Assembly (NCBI GenBank): GCA_964475265.1
Contig: CAYYVY010000003.1
Location: 1,500 to 65,499 of the forward strand
From: an uncultured Anaerolineaceae bacterium
GTDB lineage: Bacteria; Chloroflexota; Anaerolineae; Anaerolineales; E44-bin32
DNA: 64,000 nt
Reading direction: 5' to 3'
This document shows, one piece after another, positions 1 to 7,402 of the stretch (within the stretch, counting starts at the first letter, position 1; each line of letters begins with the position of its first letter). Made by a program: the position numbers and the translations under genes. The notes below the pieces were generated by a model. That model did not search any database. It saw only the letters and a program-made list of their open reading frames with translations, and was not told the origin of the DNA.

Positions 1-306
1 TTCGGCAGCCTGGCGTTCGTCGACCTCGGTCACGTCGAACAGGGGCTGTCCTTCGTATTCGGCGTCCTGCAGCAGGCGGATGAAGGTCCGGCCCGCGGCG
101 GAGGATTCAGCGCCGGAAGCTCCGGTGCCTGCGTCGAGGTTCAACACCAGGACGGAAATATATTTGGCCAGACCCTCGCTCGTCGGGCCGAAGGATACGT
201 AATAGAAGCCCACGAGCAGCGCCGGGAAAACCAGCATCAAGGCCACGGTCATGCGCTCGCGCAGCAGTTCGCGCAACGTCTTGCGCATCACGGAGAGCGT
301 TTTCAT
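1..306 (-). CDS. ABC-2-type transporter permease, N-terminal part (runs off the window edge)
   Basis: Absent from the ORF track because it has no stop in the window. Hand translation from the ATG at 306 gives MKTLSVMRKTLRELLRERMTVALMLVFPALLVGFYYV..LVLNLDAG..FIRLLQDAEY..FDVTEVDERQA. This is the basic N-terminus, first TM helix and large loop typical of ABC-2 permeases. Its ATG overlaps the TetR stop (ATGA, 303-306). Confidence 0.55.
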   Translation of the reverse strand, partial: MKTLSVMRKTLRELLRERMTVALMLVFPALLVGFYYVSFGPTSEGLAKYISVLVLNLDAGTGASGAESSAAGRTFIRLLQDAEYEGQPLFDVTEVDERQAAE

Positions 307-1049
307 GCCCCCGCCTCCTGCATGGGCTGCGCCGACCCTTGGTCCCCGATCCCCGCCTGGATGAGATCGAGCAGCGCCTCGACGACACGTTCGAAGGACA
401 CCTTGTCATCACTCACGCGCAGGTAGCGGTTCAGGTAGGGCAGCAGCTGGCTGTCGCCGATGGCGAGCAGGGCGGCGTTGATCAGGCGCGCCGCGGCCTG
501 CAGATCGACGTCCGGACGCACTTCGCCGCGTGCGGCGGCCTGTGCCAGCATCTGCTCCACAAGGGCGAGCATTTTCCCTGCAATCGGTTCCACGCACTGC
601 GGGTAGAAGGATTCATCACCCTGGTAGGCGGCGCGAACGAAGAACTGCACCAGGCCGGCCTGCGTCTGGTTCCATTCCAGCCCGCCCTGCAGATAGGCGG
701 CCAGCGCCTCGCGCAGCGGCAGGGAGACGAGATAGGGTTGGAAGGCGTCGAACATATCCAGCACGTAGCGCGTGCAGATTTCGACCGTGAATGCGAGCAG
801 GTTTTCGCGGTTGCCGAAGTAGTTGTAGAGCGAGCCGACGGCGATGCCGGCGCGGGCGGCGACGTGTTTGACGTTGACCGCCGTCGGCCCGACCTCGCTG
901 GCCTCGTCGAGCACGGCCTGCAAGATCATCTGCTGGCGTCCGGGATCGAGGCGTCGGAAAGTGCGCGTGACCAGCCCGGCCTGCTCCAGGGCCAGGATGT
1001 GCGTGTGGATCGTCGTCCACTCGGGGAATTCGAGCATATCTGAACTCAT
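303..1049 (-). CDS. TetR/AcrR family transcriptional regulator
   Basis: 248-aa ORF. The N-terminal HTH VKHVAARAGIAVGSLYNYFGNRENLL is the TetR_N signature. It is translationally coupled to the downstream ABC-2 permease. Confidence 0.85.
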   Translation of the reverse strand: MSSDMLEFPEWTTIHTHILALEQAGLVTRTFRRLDPGRQQMILQAVLDEASEVGPTAVNVKHVAARAGIAVGSLYNYFGNRENLLAFTVEICTRYVLDMFDAFQPYLVSLPLREALAAYLQGGLEWNQTQAGLVQFFVRAAYQGDESFYPQCVEPIAGKMLALVEQMLAQAAARGEVRPDVDLQAAARLINAALLAIGDSQLLPYLNRYLRVSDDKVSFERVVEALLDLIQAGIGDQGSAQPMQEAGA

Positions 1050-1056
1050 GGTTCAT

Positions 1057-1085
1057 ATTATATAGAATATCGGTTCATAATTCAA
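1057..1085 (-). promoter_or_regulatory. sigma70-like promoter of the TetR gene, geometry implies a leaderless mRNA; overlapping palindrome is a candidate operator
   Basis: The minus strand reads TTGAAT (1085-1080), 17 nt, TATAAT (1062-1057), 7 nt, ATG (1049). There is no Shine-Dalgarno. The imperfect 16-bp palindrome ATATTATATAGAATAT (1055-1070) overlaps the -10. Confidence 0.5.
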
Positions 1086-1153
1086 GTCCGCAGGTTGGGT
1101 TGAGGGGGATCGAAACCCAAGATTTCACACGGGATGTACTCAACTCGTACGCT

Positions 1154-1328
1154 GGTTGCGGATATTCATCCGCAACCGATACCGGGCAGATATCGATCTG
1201 CCAATCTTCGCTTCGTGATGTGATGCCTAAGGGGGAAAAATAATTCGTCCCCCGATTCCCATTATTACGTGAGCACAGGTGGATGAATATCCACCAAATA
1301 CTGGCGCCGGATGCATATCCGGCGCCAG
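1154..1328. repeat. array of five perfect stem-loops in the TetR / ATPase intergenic region
   Basis: H1 1154-1177: GGTTGCGGAT-ATTC-ATCCGCAACC (10 bp). H2 1185-1202: GGCAGAT-ATCG-ATCTGCC (7 bp). H3 1231-1253: GGGGGA-11 nt-TCCCCC (6 bp). H4 1278-1295: GGTGGAT-GAAT-ATCCACC (7 bp). H5 1301-1328: CTGGCGCCGGAT-GCAT-ATCCGGCGCCAG (12 bp). H1, H4 and H5 share a GGAT-N4-ATCC apex. Confidence 0.8.
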
Positions 1329-1552
1329 TAATGTTCTCCTCTTCACCCGTCCCAGCCTTTCACTCATTCCCTTTCAATCATCCTGAGCGGAACGAGATGC
1401 GCAGCATCGAGTGTAGTCGAAGGAAAGGACGCCCGCATCCCGCCTGCGTGACGGCTGTGTCACGCTGAGAACACCCCCATCGTTCGTACAATAACAACGA
1501 AGCTATTCGTGTGCGGGGAGAAGCTGACCAACTCCTCGCAGTCAGGACGTGC

Positions 1553-4480
1553 ATGCTATCCGAGCCCGCGGTCGTTTGTCCGACCTGCAATCTCTCCCAG
1601 ACTCTGGCGCAAGGCGCCAGCCAGGGGATGCGCTGCGGCCGGTGCGGTGCGGAACTTGCGCCGGTCGATGTGCGCTGGATCACCCGAGACGAAAGTGCGG
1701 GTCCGTTTGCGGCCCCATCCGATTTCTCGGCCAGCCAACACTGCGTCGCCGAACTGCTCCTGCCGGCGCACAACGAGGTGGACGAGGAGGCGGTAGGGCA
1801 GTTTTTAAGTTCGCTGCCGCTCCCGTTGGCGCTGGAAATGTACGGCGCGGGGGACCGTCGGGTGATGCTCGTCCGCGGTCGACGAAAAGACCTGCGCTTC
1901 CTGGCGGGGAAGATCCAGACGCTGTGGCCCAGCGCCGTGCTGCGCCTGCTCGACCATGATCCCGTCGGAGCATGCAGCGACACAATGGTGCCCACTATGC
2001 GCTATGATTTTTCATTCCGATTGAAAGCAGCCGGCTACCTGCCGATCCGCACGTGGAAAACATACCTGCAGGGCGATCCGCTGCACTCGCTTCTGGCGGC
2101 CATGCTCGGACTTGAATCCCACGAGCGTATCTGGCTCCAGGTCTTTCTGGCGAGGAAGAGTGAACCGGAATGGTTGGCCAGGATTCAACGCAGGCTCAAA
2201 CTTGAGTTTCAGCGCGGATACGCCATCGATGACGGCGCTGCGATCAGCGCACAGGCCGCCGCTTTTGGGCAGACGCCGCTGCCGCAAAGGATTGCCTGGG
2301 TGAACGGAATCGCATACCTGATACTCCTGCTGTTCGCCTTCGTCATGGCGGTGCTCGCCATCCAGGGGAACTGGTTTTCTTTCACCATTTTTTCCATCCT
2401 GGGCATGTCCCTCGCGGGAGTGCTCTGGCGTTTTCTCGGCCGGCCGGAGGATCCGTGGCACGAAGCCGATCTGTCGCTCGTGCGGCAGAAAGTCGTCCAT
2501 CAGGACAGCTATTATCAGGCTGTGCTGCGGGCCAGTGTCTGGGCGAAATCTCCCGGCGAGGCGCGAAATCTGGCTGAACGACTCGAGGGTGCGATGGCGC
2601 AGTATGCTGTAGCAGGAGGCAACAGCTTCATGATCGCGCCGGATCCCTTTGAGGGTCTGGGCTCATGGCCGCTGCGGCACGTCGTGCCTGACGATACGTG
2701 GATATGGCTTGGCCCGGATGAAATTGCCGGACTTTGGCATCCGCCGATCGTCAATGACCGCATCTCTCCTGGACTGGTTCCGGTGCGGGGAGTGGAGATG
2801 CGTTCACCCGATCCGCAGGATGTTATCGGGTTCTACAAGATTGGAACGTACCTCACGGCAGACGGTGTCAAGAAGGCGGTTCATGTCTCTTCCGCGGCAT
2901 TGAAGCATAACATTTTCTGTATCGGAAAACCGGATGCGGGAAAATCAACGTTGATGCTGCATCTATCCCGAGCGGCGATGGTGGATCAAGATCAGCCGGC
3001 ATTGATCCTGATCGATCCACATGGCGATCTGGTCAATGAATTTCTGGGCACACTCGATCCTGCGGATGTGGATCGAGTTCGGATTTTCGACATCACCGAC
3101 GAGGACTACGCATATACGCTGAATCCACTCGATGTCCATCGAGAGGGATGGGGCGTCATCGAGGTCACGAATTCGATCGTCGACATCGGACAGGCTTTGT
3201 GGACGAGGTATTGGGGTCCGAGAATGCAGATTCCGCTCAAGCGCGGGGTTCAATTGCTCACGGCCGCCAACGAGCTTCGCCCCAAAGACGCATGTTTGGG
3301 ACTATCCCAACTGGCCGCGGTGCTGAATGCGGATGCGGGGGTTCGCCGAAAATTCATTGCTCAGGATTTAGACGGCAGTCCCCACAGGAAAACGCTCGCA
3401 AAATATTTTCTGCATGACTATGAAGACCTCTCACGCAGTTTCCGGGAACAGGTGATTCAACCCGTTCTTTCGAAGGCTCATCGTTTTGAAGAAGAGCCGA
3501 TGCTGCCAATCTTCAGCTGTCCCGAATCGAAATTGAACGTCGGTGAGATTGTGCGCAATCGCAATGTCCTGGTGATTAATACCGGCAAGAACAAGTATGG
3601 ATCTGAAGTGAGTGACTTTGTGGGCTCGTTAATGATCAACATCGTTCTCATGGAATTGATCCGGCAGGGGGAGAAAACATCCCACAACCGTGTGCCGGTT
3701 CTGATCGTGATTGACGAATTTCAGACTTTCACGGGTGTTTGCTGGGAAGACCTCGTACAACAAATGCGCAAATATGGTGGCCGTATGATCCTGGGAACGC
3801 AATCCATGGCCAGTCTTCGAAAACAAAATCCTGAAATCCCTGAAATCATTTTGAGCGGTGTGTATTCCCTTTTTGCTTTCACGATGAACGGAGACGATGC
3901 GGCGTATATTTCGAAAAATGAACTTAGCGGTGAGAAGGGTGGACCCAGTGCCGATACGCTCATCAGCCTCGAACCGCACAAGGCGTACGTGCGTCTTGAA
4001 CGGCAGTCTGGAGGGCTAAGTCGCCCCTTCTATTTTGAAAGCGAACCTCCTCCTGAATACGATCAACTCCTTGCCGATCGCGTCCTCAAATTACGCGCCA
4101 ATTATAGTTTCCCATATCAAGCCGCCATGCAAAATGCACTTGAAATGCTTTCGATTTTCGACGGACACGGACGGGCGATGAGCACGTTGGGGGTCCATGC
4201 GACCCAATCTCAACACCCGGTGTACGCCACTCGATCGCCGGCGTTTGGTGTCGGGTTGTCCGGAAGAGAGATCGATACGCTACGCGATTGTCTAGAGGAT
4301 GTTAAGTTGCCCTGGCAGGCTTGTGCTGGCAGTAGCGGGAATTCTTATATTTCTGACGACTTCCAAAACATGGCGGCAGAAGGAGAAATTGCGGCCGAAG
4401 AATGGAGGGATTTCATAGCGGGGTTTGAAGGACCACTGAAAAACCAGGACGAAATGGGGGAGGAGGCGAATTCATTGTGA
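1553..4480 (+). CDS. membrane-anchored zinc-ribbon / type IV coupling protein-like (VirD4/TraD, FtsK-HerA superfamily) P-loop ATPase
   Basis: ORF 1511-4480; the ATG at 1553 is preferred (AGGA 5 nt upstream). Motifs in order: CxxC-x15-CxxC (nt 1577-1645); two adjacent hydrophobic helices (IAYLILLLFAFVMAVLAI / FSFTIFSILGMSLAGVLW); Walker A GKPDAGKST (2924-2950); LILIDPHGDL; TLNPLD; Walker B VLIVIDEFQTF (from 3698); RKYGGRMILGTQS. This is the motif order of TraD/VirD4-type ATPases. Confidence 0.65.
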   Translation: MLSEPAVVCPTCNLSQTLAQGASQGMRCGRCGAELAPVDVRWITRDESAGPFAAPSDFSASQHCVAELLLPAHNEVDEEAVGQFLSSLPLPLALEMYGAGDRRVMLVRGRRKDLRFLAGKIQTLWPSAVLRLLDHDPVGACSDTMVPTMRYDFSFRLKAAGYLPIRTWKTYLQGDPLHSLLAAMLGLESHERIWLQVFLARKSEPEWLARIQRRLKLEFQRGYAIDDGAAISAQAAAFGQTPLPQRIAWVNGIAYLILLLFAFVMAVLAIQGNWFSFTIFSILGMSLAGVLWRFLGRPEDPWHEADLSLVRQKVVHQDSYYQAVLRASVWAKSPGEARNLAERLEGAMAQYAVAGGNSFMIAPDPFEGLGSWPLRHVVPDDTWIWLGPDEIAGLWHPPIVNDRISPGLVPVRGVEMRSPDPQDVIGFYKIGTYLTADGVKKAVHVSSAALKHNIFCIGKPDAGKSTLMLHLSRAAMVDQDQPALILIDPHGDLVNEFLGTLDPADVDRVRIFDITDEDYAYTLNPLDVHREGWGVIEVTNSIVDIGQALWTRYWGPRMQIPLKRGVQLLTAANELRPKDACLGLSQLAAVLNADAGVRRKFIAQDLDGSPHRKTLAKYFLHDYEDLSRSFREQVIQPVLSKAHRFEEEPMLPIFSCPESKLNVGEIVRNRNVLVINTGKNKYGSEVSDFVGSLMINIVLMELIRQGEKTSHNRVPVLIVIDEFQTFTGVCWEDLVQQMRKYGGRMILGTQSMASLRKQNPEIPEIILSGVYSLFAFTMNGDDAAYISKNELSGEKGGPSADTLISLEPHKAYVRLERQSGGLSRPFYFESEPPPEYDQLLADRVLKLRANYSFPYQAAMQNALEMLSIFDGHGRAMSTLGVHATQSQHPVYATRSPAFGVGLSGREIDTLRDCLEDVKLPWQACAGSSGNSYISDDFQNMAAEGEIAAEEWRDFIAGFEGPLKNQDEMGEEANSL

Positions 4481-4604
4481 TGGTCCAGTATGGTCCGAAT
4501 GTCTACGATGGAATAAATCCGGCAGTCAATCTCAGCAGTATGCGTTTGCCTGAACGATAAACTTAGGCACTTACATTGCGTATTAGAGGAGATTTGGGAA
4601 AACG

Positions 4605-4634
4605 GCACGGCACGCTGATACCGTGCATTTGTTG
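4605..4634 (+). terminator. weak candidate intrinsic terminator after the ATPase gene
   Basis: GCACGG-10 nt-CCGTGC followed by ATTTGTTGG. The stem is short and the U-tract poor. Confidence 0.25.
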
Positions 4635-4696
4635 GAAGTTGATTTTGATGGTAAACGGGACGGTTTCATTCGTCCTGAATGGGGGAGTGAAAAAGA

Positions 4697-4909
4697 ATGG
4701 GCGAGACACAGGAAGGTATGGATGTCGATGATGCTGATCGTCAACCCAAAGAAGAATCTGACGAGCGAGACGAAGTTGTTGACGGGATCATGTGCGGCTT
4801 GGAGGCAGGCGAGGGGGATGTACAGGCGGAGGCGATTTCTTACTTTCATCCCATACCGGATGAAGAGCTGGACGTTTCCGGTCTCGAAGTGCCCGAAAAA
4901 GAGGACTAA
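4697..4909 (+). CDS. hypothetical small, strongly acidic protein (70 aa)
   Basis: GGGGGAG lies 7 nt upstream of the ATG. The product is rich in D/E (MGETQEGMDVDDADRQPKEESDERDEVV...). Overlapping ORFs exist in two other frames, so the coding frame is uncertain. Confidence 0.35.
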   Translation: MGETQEGMDVDDADRQPKEESDERDEVVDGIMCGLEAGEGDVQAEAISYFHPIPDEELDVSGLEVPEKED

Positions 4910-4941
4910 AGCATTTATTGGACTCACAAGGATGACGAAGA

Positions 4942-5163
4942 ATGGACGATCAAGCATCCATCGAACAGGATATTGACTGCGTCGATCGCCTTTGGATAGA
5001 GGATCTTGCGTGGCGAAACGATCATTCCGGTGTTATGGAGTACAAGGGGAGAGCTCAAGAGGGGTTCATCGGCTACATTAATAAAAATCCCTTGCTGGTA
5101 TCAATCCTAACATTCATTATCGGGGGAATTGCTTTTTACATTGTTAGTCTGATTCTTATATGA
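4942..5163 (+). CDS. hypothetical small protein with a C-terminal transmembrane anchor (73 aa)
   Basis: AAGGA lies upstream of the ATG. The C-terminus LLVSILTFIIGGIAFYIVSLILI is one hydrophobic helix. Confidence 0.35.
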   Translation: MDDQASIEQDIDCVDRLWIEDLAWRNDHSGVMEYKGRAQEGFIGYINKNPLLVSILTFIIGGIAFYIVSLILI

Positions 5164-5302
5164 GTAGTGATCATCCATGAGGAACTACTCAAACGTTTAA
5201 TCGAAGAATGAGAATTCTGCATTCGGCGATTGATTTTTGATAAGCGCGATGATTGTGTCTCTTCTTTTGAAGGGGATGTCTCAATCAAAAAAGGAGGGTT
5301 TC

Positions 5303-5575
5303 ATGATGGATCATAATGTTGAAGGGACAACAGAAAAGTTAACGTTGCTCTACATCGGCCTGGGCCTTTCTATACTTGGAATTATCATCATGTTTGCATT
5401 TGGCCCAGGTCTGTCTTTCACGATTGGGTTGATCGCCACGGCTTTTGGTTTTATTTTCTTCGGTGTGGGACTTCGATCTCGAATCATGAGGAAAAATCCC
5501 GCATTAGGCAATCTCGTAGTCGTCGCAACATCGTTGTCCAGTGTCATTTTGATCGCCTGGTATTTACTCTTTTAG
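5303..5575 (+). CDS. hypothetical small integral membrane protein (90 aa, about 3 TM)
   Basis: A strong RBS AAGGAGG (5291-5297) lies 5 nt before the ATG at 5303, which is internal to track ORF 5237-5575. There are three hydrophobic segments. Confidence 0.5.
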   Translation: MMDHNVEGTTEKLTLLYIGLGLSILGIIIMFAFGPGLSFTIGLIATAFGFIFFGVGLRSRIMRKNPALGNLVVVATSLSSVILIAWYLLF

Positions 5576-5699
5576 GGCTTGCGTTCATCCATCACGAACG
5601 CTGCTATTTTGGGGATTAAATCAACTCCTCCTCGAAGGAAACGTATAGGAACTTTTGGGGGACTCAGGGGTTCGACCAAGTCCTGGCTCAGGATGAAAG

Positions 5700-6104
5700 A
5701 TGGGGATACAGGATCAATCCAGGTTGGTTGTCCTATCGGACGATGATGTAATTGCCGATAGTGTCATTTATTGCTGTTCTCGAGATTCGCGGCGCAAGGG
5801 ATTGTTGGGTAGATCTCAACTTGCTGTGAACGAGGGGATTCTGATGGCGATGCCAGTCTACCGCAAAGGGAAAGCGGGCGTCGTCAATTCCATACATATG
5901 CTGGGTATGCACTTTTCTATCGCAGTTGCCTGGCTGAATTTCGACGGAAGGGTTGTTCATTCCAAGCTTGCCAAGAAATGGCATCCTTACTATGGGACTT
6001 CCCATCCGTCTTGGTATATTCTCGAGCTTCACCCCTCAAAGCTTTCGTTGTTATCAGAAGGAACGACCATTCAATGGAAGGTTTGGCTGCCGAACGAACT
6101 CTAA
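5700..6104 (+). CDS. DUF192 (COG1430) family protein
   Basis: KGLLGRSQL..EGILM...SIHMLGMHFSIAVAWLNFDGRVVH...SWYILELHPS matches the remembered DUF192 pattern (GLMgr..gmlf..h.fwM....lDiifld.dG.Vv....a.yvLEl). Confidence 0.55.
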   Translation: MGIQDQSRLVVLSDDDVIADSVIYCCSRDSRRKGLLGRSQLAVNEGILMAMPVYRKGKAGVVNSIHMLGMHFSIAVAWLNFDGRVVHSKLAKKWHPYYGTSHPSWYILELHPSKLSLLSEGTTIQWKVWLPNEL

Positions 6105-6124
6105 ACCGGTTTGTAGGAAGCGAG

Positions 6125-7402
6125 ATGACCGTATCAGATTCCATGAAATTTCCACTTGACCTCGAGGACGTGATGGATTGGGCATTTTGTCCTTTGCGAG
6201 TCTGGTGGAAACGAGGGAAACATGATTCGAAAGTCGCCGATGTCGGAAGCAGCTGTACGGCGGATGGACTTGTGCGCCAGTCGATTCTTGCTGCAATTCG
6301 TTTGTACTACCGAGCTGTACGTAAAAGGGCGGAATTTACATTTGAAGAAAGCCTCGGTTTGATTTGGAGAAAATGGCTCAACGCCTGGAATTTATCCGAC
6401 ATCCTTGCCCGACCTCTGGTGGATTACCAACACCGGCGACGTTCTTTGCTGTGTAGATTCAAAGCGGCGACATTTCCCGGACAGAATGGGGCAGGCTATC
6501 GGAGTCTCATGAGGACACGTCAATGGCGGGAATTGGCTGAATCCCACAGACTTTCAAATCTGCGCAGGTTCATCGACAGTCAAGCGAAGAATACTGGCTT
6601 AGAAGTCATCGGACTTCCCGACAGAGAACATCACGGATCACCGATCGGCCTTGCGGATGCCTATTCGGATTCCGTGGACATGGCGGCTTACATCCGTTTG
6701 CCCGAAGCCAGCAGTGTAATTGGCGTAGGTGTTCCTATGGTGGTCGATTTGCCATCTGTCAGCCTGAACTGCCGAGCAGATATTGTTCGTGAAATCGGAA
6801 GATCGAGAGGCGTTGGGCGGCCCTCAAAGGATCCAAAGCGTACCGGCGGCATTCTAAAACTCGAAACCATTCTCCTAATATTTGACGAAGAATTTCCTTC
6901 TCTTCAGGGTCTGGCCAGGGATTTGCGTATCTTGGCATTTGGTAAGGCACGATTGGATCCCCATAAGCATGCGGAGAGAAATATCGTTGAGCGGGTAAGC
7001 CTCTACCACCTTCCGTCCGGGGAGCATCAGGATTTCACGCCTCGTTTGCATGAAGGGCTTGAGCTATTGGATTCAATCTCAAGTTCGGTGCTTACTGGAA
7101 TGCACCAGTCTGTGTATGTTCCTCGCATGGTATGTGGACGGGAAATATGCGGGGGTTGTGAATACTATGTTCACTGTTTTTCAGCAACGGATGTTATGGA
7201 AGTATTTGCTGCCACGCCTATGGCTCATGTCGATGCAAGCCACCCCGACCTTGATCGATTGATGGCGTTCATGATAGACAACTTTTCCTCCGTAAGCCGT
7301 GTTGATGACTTACGTGCAATTCTGGAATTCATGGTGAAGTCCGGCTCGTCTCCTGAAGGCCTGTTATGGCTGCTAGAGAAGATCGAAGCGGAACGATCAT
7401 GA
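6125..7402 (+). CDS. Cas4/AddB-like PD-(D/E)XK-family nuclease candidate with a 4-Cys (Fe-S type) signature
   Basis: Start chosen at ATG 6125 (AGGAAG 4 nt upstream), after the DUF192 stop. There is a single N-terminal Cys in DWAFCPLRVWW and a C-terminal CGGCEYYVHC = C-X2-C-X5-C (nt 7148-7177). That is the Cys arrangement of Cas4/AddB iron-sulfur nucleases. The D...ExK catalytic motifs are not clearly recognisable (RADIV ... LKLET). Confidence 0.4.
   Translation: MTVSDSMKFPLDLEDVMDWAFCPLRVWWKRGKHDSKVADVGSSCTADGLVRQSILAAIRLYYRAVRKRAEFTFEESLGLIWRKWLNAWNLSDILARPLVDYQHRRRSLLCRFKAATFPGQNGAGYRSLMRTRQWRELAESHRLSNLRRFIDSQAKNTGLEVIGLPDREHHGSPIGLADAYSDSVDMAAYIRLPEASSVIGVGVPMVVDLPSVSLNCRADIVREIGRSRGVGRPSKDPKRTGGILKLETILLIFDEEFPSLQGLARDLRILAFGKARLDPHKHAERNIVERVSLYHLPSGEHQDFTPRLHEGLELLDSISSSVLTGMHQSVYVPRMVCGREICGGCEYYVHCFSATDVMEVFAATPMAHVDASHPDLDRLMAFMIDNFSSVSRVDDLRAILEFMVKSGSSPEGLLWLLEKIEAERS

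Noticed and set aside
1055-1070. Shared half-site TAGAATAT/ATATTCTA at both the TetR promoter (1055-1070) and the PadR promoter (31907-31926), which could mark a common regulator.
   Set aside because: The shared octamer overlaps -10-like AT-rich promoter sequence in both places. Two occurrences are not enough to separate a regulon motif from promoter composition.
1104-1118. tRNA T-arm-like sequence (minus strand GGGTTTCGATCCCCC) near the left edge of the accessory block. It could be a tRNA gene or an att-site remnant.
   Set aside because: Only a 3-bp stem around a 7-nt loop can be drawn. No acceptor, D or anticodon arms of proper length surround it, and I found no matching direct repeat at the other end of the block.
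1283-1468. 61-aa ORF inside the hairpin array.
   Set aside because: Its start and first 15 codons are made of hairpins H4 and H5. There is no RBS. It is most likely non-coding.
4583-4976. Alternative ORFs 4623-4976 (plus, basic 117 aa) and 4583-4957 (minus, 124 aa) overlapping the acidic 70-aa ORF.
   Set aside because: Neither has an RBS, and neither has a clear TM or domain pattern. I kept the RBS-supported frame, at low confidence. The true coding frame here is unresolved.
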